A stretch of DNA of 23,911 nt, from positions 1 to 23,911 of the forward strand of contig NW_021836500.1 of the NCBI RefSeq assembly GCF_006345805.1. The letters are read 5' to 3'. Positions within the stretch are counted from its first letter, which is position 1, and every line of letters begins with the position of its first letter. Source of the DNA: Octopus sinensis (taxonomy: Eukaryota). A model generated the notes under the pieces. That model saw only the letters and a program-made list of their open reading frames with translations, did not search any database and was not told where the DNA came from. Positions 10,185 to 20,449 of the stretch are shown here, piece after piece. The translations under genes and the position numbers were made by a program.

Positions 10185-10978
10185 TTAAATGATTAGTAGA
10201 TTATTTAGAGATATTATATTAAACATCTTTGGGATATTAGCAAATATTCCAAGACTCTAGATATCATTGAATTAAAATCGATAACTGTTAGAATGCAAAT
10301 CAGAACTGCTCCAATGATTAAATAAATTTTATATTTCGTTAATAAAGCGTCAAATCGTGCCACGCATCCCTAAAAATATATTCATTATTAAATTACAGTG
10401 CTATATGTAATCGCGTTTTTTGAATAACAACTTTGAGGTGGGACAATCAACGGCAAATAATCGGCTGTGGAGTCTGCACCACAACATTTAAACGTGTTTT
10501 GAATAAAATCAAGATTTTTCGTATTAGAATTGAAATTTTTAATTTCTCGCAGCAGTTCTTTCCGTATCAAGTTTATTATCTACAGTTAAGACTATAGTCT
10601 TTAACTTGTGGTTTTTTCACACAATAAATAATTGTTGCGGCCAAGACAAGCGAAAATATGCACAATAGACAAATCGAGAACTAGTTGTTATATTTATTTT
10701 CAATTTTTTACAAAAATACTGCAGCATCGATTATTTTTAAAAGAATAACAAATTCCAGACAACATTCCTATAAATCCAAATATTCCTGCAAAGAGAATTA
10801 TAATTCCAGGTGTTTGTAAATAACTATTATTTAGCATGTTTCTCTGAATAGTATCTTTTAATATCACTACTCCCGCATAGCTGCCCAGTCCTCCAATGAC
10901 CTGTTTTTATAATTATTAGAAATCTACCCCCAATAGGACTATATTTATTATGATCAGAAATTTAGTACAAAACGCCAT
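10185..10978 (-). CDS. Tetraspanin (CD63-like, 4-Cys large extracellular loop), about 217 aa, six exons
   Basis: Exons 10978-10928, 10900-10712, 10680-10606, 10579-10397, 10369-10286, 10256-10185. GT-AG introns of 27, 31, 26, 27 and 29 nt, all phase 0. The spliced product has four hydrophobic TM segments plus FKCCG, PQSC and GC motifs and no internal stop. Confidence 0.9.
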
Positions 10979-11234
10979 AACTTCTGTAATTTGAACGCTA
11001 TTTTTATTTTTTAATCATTTAAATCATTGATGCGTATTTTGACCACATTTTAATAACCTGAAATATATATCCTGAATTAAGTCTTTTATTTATTTACTGA
11101 GTACAGTAAAACCTCTCAAACTCTCTGATTTCAATATCCGCAGCTTCTCAAACCCGATTGTTTTAATCAAAAATTTAAACTTTCTTATGGATAATTCTCA
11201 AATCTGTTTGTTTTTCGAATCCGCTTTTCAAGTA

Positions 11235-11598
11235 CAGTCTAACCTTATTTGGAATAGTTTTCGGTATGGAACACTTTGTACGATCTCTGCCTAGAATTAA
11301 TAATTTCTTTTAAATTTGAAACTCGTTTTGGAGAAAAATTTTTTATTATTTTTTATTTCTAGTCATTAAACAAATTAATTAATTAGGAATAAAAAAACTC
11401 GACGCTTAATCACTATGAGTCATATTACGAGAAAAAAAGTTGAAAGTGCTCGACAACTAAAAAGTCATTCACACAGAATACTTTTTTGTAAATATGAAAT
11501 CAGCATTGGTATAATTGATGTAATAAAAACGAAATATTAATTTTTTGACAGAACCTCGGTTTTTGGAACTCTTAGTGTTCCAATTTAAGGTCGTACTA
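11235..11598. mobile_element. Nested Tigger-type MITE
   Basis: TA-flanked imperfect TIRs CAGTCTAACCTTATTTGGAA / TTCCAATTTAAGGTCGTACTA; AT-rich non-coding interior. Confidence 0.55.
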
Positions 11599-12768
11599 TA
11601 TTATGGAAAAGTATTTTATATAATTGTAAGTTAAATTATCATTACATTCTAAAATGTGTTTTTCTGTGATGTCTCGTTGTGTTAGTCTTTTTATAAACAA
11701 AAAATTTCTATACTACGCTATAATTCTGACAACCAATTTGCTTAGGCACTTCAAATTTCTAGGATTTTCTCTTTACGATTTAAAAAGAAACTTTCCTCGA
11801 GAACTATAAACGATCTCAAATCGAATTCGGATCCTTTGAATATGACCGATATCAAAAATTAAACATAACGAAAATTACAAAACTCAAATTCAGTGAACTT
11901 GATGAGCGATTAAACATGTATTGACTTAATGAAATCTAGTAAAGCAATTCAATCAGATTCGATGTTAATTGTAAAAGCTCTTAAATTTTGAAAAAATAAT
12001 CCAGAATTAAGAAATGGTTTCAAGTTAAGAAATTTTTAGAAGACAGTGGATCTGTAAATCATGATAAAAAAACTTATTGCTAATTATAATGACACAATCA
12101 GTTTAAAAATTGATCAATATGGATTGGAAAATGTTTATAATGTAGATTAACCCGTTTTTTTACAAGGCGATTACTTGTAATATCCGGTTCTGGAAAAAAA
12201 GGCCCATAACGATGGGAAGATTTAAAACTCAAAGGTGTTGTTAAAAATTTTAACATTATGTTATCTACACCATTCCAATAAGCATGAAAAATTTCAACAT
12301 TTGAAATTATGTTATCCACACCCATTCTAATAAAGCATAAATGAACCGTTAAATTTTTAATAAATGGCTCAGTGATTGTGAACTTGTAAAGAAAAAAAAA
12401 AAAAAAATTTAGTTGCAATAGATCGATGCTCATCTCATCAAATTACTTTTACGTTAAACTCTATTAAAATTTTCTTATTGCCTTCAAGAACTTCCTCGGT
12501 CTTGCAACGAATGGATCAAGGAATTATAAAATCCTTTAAAGCCAATTTGAAAATAAATGATATGATCAAAAAGATCGAGGCGGGGAAAATTGTTAGAATG
12601 AAAATAATGCAATTACGCTTAAAGCTGTTGCCACATTAACATTCTTTGGTTAGAATAAAGTAACTCCTGAGTCATCAAAACTTGCTTTCGTCATGCTCAA
12701 TTGATAAAATGTGAGAAAATTATAATTAACAGTGAATCTAAGAACTACGAAAATAATTATGAAGAAAT

Positions 12769-14968
12769 TAACATTGGGGATTTATTAGAATAAGAAATCA
12801 ATTAATCTAATGTACATGTATGTAAAGAAGAACTGATGGCGATCCTGTTTCCCCTCACTATTGCTTGGGACACGTTCTGGAGCCCGAGGCATTCAGCTCT
12901 CAACGACGTTATAAGAAGAGGTCTCGATTCAATCGGATTCCCATCAGTGCTGGAACCACCTGGATTGGACCGAGGAGATGGAAAACGCCCAGACGGGATG
13001 ACTATCTTTCCGTTTTTGGAAGGAAAGCCTCTCGTATGGGATTCAACATGTTCCGACTCCTTGTCCAAGACAAACATGTTGGAAAATGCCTTCAATGCCG
13101 GCACAGCTGCGGATAAAGCAGAGGACATCAAGAAGAAGAAATATAATGTCACAGTCGGATAAATGGACACGCGAATAAATGGACACTTTCAAAATTTCCA
13201 CATCCAAAAAATGATGATTGTTTTGCATATTCAGATTTAAAAAAATTTACTCTTTATTTCCTAGAATCACCTTTCTAGAAACGCCTATCATAAATTGATT
13301 TGTATAGATTTTTTGTTAAAAAAATTTGGCAAGTGGAAATTTCAGAAATACAATCTCCTTGCAAATTAATTGTCGATTCTCTATGAAACAGAAATAAATA
13401 TTGTTATCGCAGTCTTTATTTCAGATATCTGGACCATCATTGAGATATCCCCTCTGGTATTTACACTGTTTATAAGCTACTAGGTAGAATTGTGTTTTAA
13501 TTAAAATTATCTTAATTTTTAGTTACCCAATTATTAATAGAAAACATAATAAATTGTGGCACGTGTGAGCACTCTTTTGACATACCTTGTTGTCCTGTTG
13601 CATTATTTGGTCAATCTTTATTTTTTTATTTAATTGGATTAGAAGGAATATTTTGCGATGTAGTTTCTTTTAATTAATAAATTATCTGAAATTTCATCAT
13701 TTTGTAATATTTGCGAGTTTATTCTTTCAATCTGTTTATATTGCTTATTTGAAATCTTCTCATTTATCTTTATTCATCGAATTTCACCTTATTTTTTGAT
13801 AGAAAGTTCTATTCTTTATATTCTTATGGCAAACTTTTATTTATTTGTTCCCGGATTTGGCGATCTTTTATTTTAGCGCCCTAAAATCTAAAATGATCAA
13901 TTTCTACCAAATTTTAATCATTATTGGAATGATACTTTTTGGATTACTCAACAAAATTTCGGAATGATACTTTTTTATTATATAAATTTTTTCCCTTCAG
14001 AACTTGCAAAATTCGGGGGTGATCGAGAGGACTAATATTTGTTATAAACGAGAGGATAGTATTAGCTCTCGGGACCATAGTTTTGACACGATTCTTAACG
14101 ATCGCAAATTCTTCAGTTGTCAAATGGGGGTGAAAACGCATCCTTTTCCTCAGTCGCATCAAAATCTCGTCGTAAATTGATTTTGGCCTGGCGTGTCTCT
14201 TCAGCCCGGTCCATGGACCTCTTGAAGATCTTCAGTGCGTAGACTCCCTTGTTCATTACGTTTTTGGCTTCGTTACTGTGTGTCGGCGTGTACACACGTT
14301 GCGCAACCTCATTTATTCGGGCTTTGGAAGCAGTTGGCGACTTGGATAGGAGGTTAAATCTCTTGATCTTTCCAAGTGCCGGGTTTTCGATACTCAGAGA
14401 ATATGTGAGGCTTGAGCTGTTAGGCTCAGTTGTCGTCTGATGGGATTGGGTCTCACTGTGTTTTTGAAGCACAGTAGGGTTCGGAAGTTCGGTGGGATAT
14501 TTAGCTTTGATGGGTTCGCAAAAGGGCTGGGGCTTTACCGCTGTTCGTCTAATGTGTTTTCTTCTTGGTTTTCTTTGATTTTTTTGATTTTTTCAATAAT
14601 TTCTTTGCTGAGCTTCACAATACGCATAGTTCCACGCTTTTTTTATAAATTAAAAAGTAGAATATTTCTCTAAAATATTTAACTAATTGTTAATATTGAT
14701 GTATAAAATAACTATTTATATATTTTTTAAATATTTTTAAGCCAGGTGTTTATTTATTCGCTTGTCCATTTATCCGACTGTGACATATAATGGGCTCACC
14801 GATCGTTACGTTTTCCGGCCGGTTGCTGTCGAAACCCTGGGATCGATTGGGAAGGAGTCGTTGTGCTTCCTCAAGTGTATTGGACGTCTCAAGACCTTGA
14901 GAACACACAATCCTCTGGAGACGAGATGGCTCCTCCAGAACGTGTCCCAAGCAATAGTGGGGGGAAAC
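12769..14968. mobile_element. 5'-truncated, 5'-inverted CRE-like retrotransposon insertion (about 556 bp before the nested insert)
   Basis: 13-bp TSD ATTATGAAGAAAT at 12756-12768 and 14969-14981. The true 3' end (LQNVSQAIVRGN..stop..AATAAA) is on - at 12769-12882. The inverted RLE part on + reads SPRHSALNDVI..GLDRGDGKRPDG..KKYN|GLTDRYVFRPVAVETLG. Confidence 0.85.
13147..14785. mobile_element. TIR element with TGT...ACA ends and 5-bp TSD (Ginger-like, apparently non-autonomous)
   Basis: 34-bp TIRs with one mismatch (13147-13180 / 14752-14785). TSD TATAA at 13142-13146 and 14786-14790. Removing the element restores the CRE frame KKKKYNGLTDRY. Confidence 0.85.
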
Positions 14969-15560
14969 ATTATGAAGAAATAATTAAGAAATTTCACAAA
15001 ATCTATGCTTCTCAGGAAAATGAAAATATAGGTGATCGCTAAAATATTATGAAAATGTTAGGAAAGTCAGATAAAAAACATAAATTTTTTTATTTTTATA
15101 AATATTTTATGTTTTCAGTCATTTTTGTATAAAAAATATTTAATCTATATTGTGAGTTCATGTTTCAACTATAAAATATTATTCAAATTGCCTTTCGCAT
15201 CCGCAGATTTTTTGATCAAAATCGGCGGATTTGAAAGGTTTTATTGTATTTAGTCTTATTTAATTTGTGACGACAATTAAAGATCCTTTTTTATTTGTTC
15301 TCTCAGTGCAGGCTGTACCCCTGTCAAAAATAAACAATATTGGACATTGAGTATTTTGTATAAAAATTAATTACTTTTTTAACTTAAGTTTGGTTAGTAT
15401 TTTTGTTGTTAGAGTATTTTAAGAGAATCCAAATTGAATTGTTTATAATCTAGATTCTTAATGTCAAAATTCTTTAACAAATAACGAAAACGGAAACTGA
15501 ATAACTATTAATTATAATCCATTAATATATACGAATCTAGATTCCTAACGAAAATAAAAA

Positions 15561-15720
15561 TTGTCTGTCGTTATGACCTGGGACAAAATTGTGTCAAAAT
15601 TCTTAATGAACCATCTGAAGGTGCTCGAAAGGGTGAAGGCATATATTCAGATACTGGTGTTGCGAAAAATCTTAGAGAGTTTGCAAGCCGAGACGAAGCA
15701 CGGATTATCGATGCCTGTTG
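15561..15720 (+). mobile_element. R4/Dong-like RLE retrotransposon 3' fragment
   Basis: VVMTWDKIVSKF...KAYIQILVLRKILES. Confidence 0.7.
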
Positions 15721-16179
15721 AGTGCGTACCCCCTGAATTTAGACTGCGCGTCGACATGTATCTGCCCATCCGTGCTGTAAACGTAGGTCTTAAGAGGACG
15801 ACGTTGATGTAAAAAATTGACCTTGGCCGACTGAACCACTAATGGTTCCCAAAAAAATTTTAGTGGACCCAGGAATTTTGAAAAAATAAAAATATATATA
15901 AGTTAAAACTAATTGTATAATTAATTATAATACAATAGACATTAAAATTAGTCTGATTTGATTAGCGTGGTTTATTATTCTACTTATTATTAACAAGAAT
16001 TGTCGTTTTTGGTCGGATTGTTACGTTGAATTTGGATTCACCAAATTTATTGCCTCAAATAATGAAATAAATAGAAAATACAAAATTTTCCATAAAATTA
16101 TGGGAAACAATCCACTGAACCCCTCTAACATAGGAGTCAAAAAGAGTCTGAACACTCAGAAAATTGTTGCTCACATAAA

Positions 16180-16520
16180 TTTTTTAAAGTCATAAGAACG
16201 AAATTTGATTCGCAGCCAAAGCTTGGATTCATATAATAAATCTCAAGATAAACCGAGGTTAGAAGCATCATATGTTGTAATTTTAACCTAAAACAAATAG
16301 ATCTCTAATTTTTATTCTGTTTGGAGATGGATACACTTGTGGAGTGGAAATCCTCAATATTTTTGACACTTCTATGAAGACAAATAATTAATTATGCTTG
16401 CGGGTTGTTAACCCATGGAAACAATTCCCCCGACTGAAGCAGGCCTGTCACTACTGCAAGACCGAAATTTGTTTTTCAATAACGGAGAGATTAAATGCAG
16501 CCACTGCAACTTGGCAAGTC
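16180..16520 (+). mobile_element. R4/Dong-like retrotransposon fragment (post-RT and zinc-knuckle region)
   Basis: HKNEI..., then PPTEAGLSLLQDRNLFFNNGEIKCSHC. Confidence 0.65.
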
Positions 16521-17522
16521 AAATCGACAGTGAGAAAACTTGATTATCAAAGACCGATCCCTAAACTGGAGTCTCTGCTCCGCGTATGGGCATATGGAAT
16601 GTCTAATTAATAGACTTTTAAAGTCTTTTTGGCTTTATTCCTGCTCGGATTATTTTGGCTGGCAATTCTGATGTCACTTTTGTTAAATTAATTGTGTGAC
16701 ATTCACTTTTAGGGGATAGAACTCTACATACTTAAAAAGGAAATAGAAAAATAAGATCAATTAAACAAACAAAGTGTACACGACTGTATCCCCTTTATTT
16801 GAATTATATTTCAAAACTTGTCCTAGGACTGAATGTCAAATCGGGATATGCCAAAAGAGTTCATAAAACAAACTCTTAAAATGAAAAGAAAAATTTAAAA
16901 ATAATCTAAGGATAATTTAGCGGACATCTGTGCTTGTAAAGTCCGACCATTGCATGGTCCAAACCAAGGTCTTCTGATTGTAGCAAAGCAACCCGGATTG
17001 TTTTGGTAAGAAAGATATTGAAGATCCTTTTGGTTTATCGTGTTTACGCAAGAGACACCAAAAAAATATTGGAAACAAGTTAAATTTAAATTTTGTTTAC
17101 TCCTCTTCTACAATGCCTAAAACAGGTTTCTATCACTAAGCGAATTTCTTCTATTGTTAATCTTCATTGGATGGAAAATTATTCCGCAAATTATGTATTT
17201 TCCATTTTGCTCTGCCAGAAAGTTAATTTTTTTGTTCATTTCGTAATTATAAATAATATAAAAGCAAAAAATTTATAAACTATCTGAGATATCAAATTAT
17301 ACAATCCAATTTGCTGAAGGAGAGACGGGATTGTATTAAAAGAAAAGGCTCATCATCATTTAGACCAGGGGTCGGCAAAAGCAGGCTCGCGAGCCTTTGA
17401 AGGCTCTTTAACTCTTACGGTAGGCTCTTTCAATTTTTAACTATTTTTTTGTGTTGTTAATAACAAAAAATCTTTGCACGTTTAACATTAATTTTTTGTG
17501 GTACATCGATATATGCCTAGCA

Positions 17523-17590
17523 CGGGGGTGTCAAAGATACGGCCCCCGGGCCAGAGCTGGCCCGCGGACGATCTCAAATGGCCCGCGGTA
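17523..17590 (+). mobile_element. Second, different hAT left end nested inside the 17366 element
   Basis: CGGGGGTGTCAAAGATACGGCCCCCGGGCCAGAGCTGGCCCGCGG resembles Charlie-type CAGGGGTGTCAAA ends with GGCCCGC repeats. Preceded by GCCTAGCA (central TA). Confidence 0.7.
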
Positions 17591-17709
17591 AAAGTTTAAA
17601 AGTGTATTTAAAATCTAAAATTATTATTTAACACCAAATAAAAATACAAGAATCTAGATTCTAGAATATAAATAAAAATAAAAAAATTATTGCTCATGAA
17701 TACAATAAT

Positions 17710-19151
17710 TTGATGGGAAAAATTAGAAAAGAGAAGTACGATGCACTACTTGCATGTTTCGATAATGCGCGACATTTTCAATCAAACTGGACTGAAACTT
17801 TTGCATTCACGTCTAATTCAGAACAACTACCGAAATGTCTCATTTGCCAGGAAACTTTGAATCAAAATAAAAAGTCAAATTTAGAGAGACACTTTAACAC
17901 AAAACACTCAAATTTCGCCAAAAAATATCCAATTGGTGATTCCCAAAAGAAAGCTGTAGAAGAACTTACAAAGAATATTCAATTCGAGAATTCTGCTTTT
18001 AAATGTTGGTCTGACAATGCCAGGACTGCAAATATTGCCAGTTTTTTGATAAGCCAAGAGATCGCAAAAAGGGGAAAACCATTTACCGATGTGGAATTTA
18101 TAAAGGCATGTTTCATTAAAACCTCTGAAGAACTTTTTCACGATTTTTCAAATAAGGCAGAAATCGTGAATAAGATAATGAATATACCTTTATTCGCGAA
18201 AATAGTAGCCGACAGGACTTTTAAGATGTCTTCGAATGTATCTGTTCAACAAGTTTCTGACATGAAATTGTCTAATTCAATTTCAATAGCAATAGATGAA
18301 TCATGTGATATAAATGACATTGCACAAGTATCATTGTTCATGTCATACTTAGGTGTCTCTGTTTGTTCGTTATGTGTCTCGAGGTTTCCTGAGGCAAGAA
18401 CTTTTGGCATTATTGCCTCTAAAGGGTCAAACCCGTGGTGAAGATCTTGTTGGCGCAGTCGTAGAATATTTTGAAACGAATTATATTCCTCTTAATAAAA
18501 TCGTTTCAATTTCAACTGACGGTGCTGAAAGCATGCTGGGATCGAGAAAGGGATTTATAACTTTAATTAAAATAAGAATTGATCATGAAGTGATTACTCT
18601 ACATTGTATTATCCACCAAGAAGCACTATCTGCGCAAACGTTTAAGGATTTTAGAAAAGAAAAAGCAACACTATCGTTCGTTATAAACCCTCTACGTGCT
18701 AAAGTCAGCAATTTAAATTTATTGCCATTTGAAATCAACGCAGCTGAGTTCGAAATGCAGCTATTGGACTTGACATGTAAGGAATTATGGGCATCAAAAT
18801 TTATTCGCCTTTCAGAATTACTTGAAACCTTGGAACAGAAACATTGTCTGGTAAAATTAAAAATGATATTAATGTTATACAAAAGAAACTTGAAGATGTG
18901 ATTCTCGAAACTTGGAATTCTCTTCCAGATTCTTATTATGAATTAAAAAAATTTGCATACGGAATTTTGACAATATTCGGGTCCACTTATATGTGTGAAC
19001 AAAGTTTTCTCATATGAATTATATAAAATTGAAATATAGGAACAAAATTACAGATTCGAATTTGGAATCTAACCTCAGATTAAAATTAACGACTTGCGAC
19101 CCAGACATTAACCAACTCTCCAAAGAAATGAGGAATCACATTTCTCATTAA
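17710..19151 (+). pseudogene. hAT transposase, deleted and frameshifted, with a 25-nt intron (18328-18352)
   Basis: BED finger CLIC...LERHFNTKH; AIDESCD; ISTDGAESM; HCIIHQEAL; STYMCEQSF. A large deletion follows HQEAL. Frameshifts near 18860 and 19005. Confidence 0.88.
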
Positions 19152-19729
19152 TGCGTCTAATTAATTTAATTTTTTAAAATGAATTTTTAATTATTTTTTA
19201 AATTAATGTTTATTTAATTTTATGAATTTCTCAAATCAATCTCTTCTCTGAATTTATTAACTGACATTATTAATAATGAAAATATTGAATTTAAATTTTT
19301 GACAAGTGGTAAAAGGTGGCTCTTCAATTTTTCGAAATTTCCAAAAATGTTCAAAATTGGCTCTTCTCCAAAAGTATTTGCCGACCCCTGATTTAGACTA
19401 ATAGAATCCTTGAAGGATCGATGTATCCAATATGCACCAGGATTGACGACTGACGCCGTTATCAGTGTTATCGCTGCGGAATCGGATGTCTTAATCGGCC
19501 ACACAACAAAAAATGGGGAGGGGTAACAAGATGAAGCAGAAGAGACACATGACTTTATTTTGATTAGTTAGTTCCTTGGTAACGTGTTCTCTTTCTGTCT
19601 TGTTCTTTTTATAAAAAAAGTGTGCCCGGCCTGGGCGACATGTCAATATTCGCGGAAGGGATATTTACGATTTTTACGCAACTCCTTGCCGGATCAACTA
19701 TTTTTTTAAGACAAGTGAAATTCTTTTGC

Positions 19730-20200
19730 ATGTATTCGTTGTGGAAGAAGATGAACAGAGAGGATATTTGTTGTAAATGTTCACCTTGAAAATGGACATC
19801 TTTATCTTTATAGGTTTCTTCTCTTTTAAAGAATTTAGTCTATGAATCTCGCAGAGATGAAGTTATGATTGTGCTCAGGTCTTGTCCACAATGTCTTGCT
19901 AGACGACTTAGGAAACTCGATCGAGTATAACACCAATAGAGCATATACAGTGAGAGAAAGATAGTAAGTATGTATTCTAATATCAGATATCTTTTTGATT
20001 GAGTTAATGCACGCCAATATTCAAATTCCAATGGCAACCAAATATGCACTTCTCCTACGAATTCATTGATGTTCGATTTTGTACTACATTAAAGAATCTG
20101 CCGAATATCGATGTGGGACCTGAACGGGAGCAAACAAACCAGCCCAAGTCCAATATTTGTCGACAAATAAACCAATTATTGGGTTGTGACACCCGAATGA
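19730..20200 (+). mobile_element. Second Ginger2/KRBA2-like integrase relic
   Basis: HLENGH...RDEVMIVLRSCPQC (H2C2 zinc finger), ITPI, then ER.YLFD*VNARQYSNSNG and IDV in shifted frames. Confidence 0.6.
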
Positions 20201-20449
20201 ATTTTGACAGTAGTGTCAGAAAGTATGACACCATCTAAAATCCTAGTCTCGTCATTACCCGACTATCGTCTTCCGTGATGATACAGTATAAAGTATATCC
20301 CGAGTATAAAGTAACAATCCAGGTTGTGTGACATTCAATTAATAAGTTTTAAATTAACGACTTTAAATTTATTTATTAAACTGAAAGCGTTTTTTATTTT
20401 TTAAACAAGCGTTCGACTTTATCTTTTTATATTTGCATCACCAATACAT

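Larger units (their letters stand above)
11104..15246 (+). mobile_element. pogo/Tigger-like DNA transposon, degenerate, hosting nested insertions
   Basis: TA-flanked TIRs: CAGTAAAACCTCTCAAA.. versus reverse complement CAATAAAACCTTTCAAA... Transposase remnants VYNVD, FNKWL, IDRCSSH, IKIFLLP..TSSVLQRMDQGIIKSFK at about 11750-12770. Confidence 0.78.
17366..19390 (+). mobile_element. hAT (Buster/Charlie, GTF2IRD2-like) DNA transposon, internally deleted
   Basis: Perfect 14-bp TIR CAGGGGTCGGCAAA / TTTGCCGACCCCTG. 8-bp TSD ATTTAGAC at 17358-17365 and 19391-19398, with the central TA typical of Buster elements. GGCTC subterminal repeats. Confidence 0.95.

Noticed and set aside
13926-13975. 15-bp direct repeat GGAATGATACTTTTT
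   Set aside because: An isolated short duplication with no recognisable element between the copies.
13147-14785. Interpretation as a solo LTR or a Transib element
   Set aside because: TG..CA ends and a 5-bp TSD fit LTRs, but 34-bp TIRs do not. Starting the element at CACAGT (Transib-like) leaves no matching TSD.
16620-17350. Short ORFs and AT-rich DNA upstream of the hAT element
   Set aside because: No recognisable motif or splice-consistent gene model.
18851-18885. 35-nt GT..AG segment that would repair a hAT frameshift
   Set aside because: Its 3' part reads NDINVIQK in the downstream frame and looks like real coding sequence. A simple indel is more parsimonious, and another frameshift follows near 19005.
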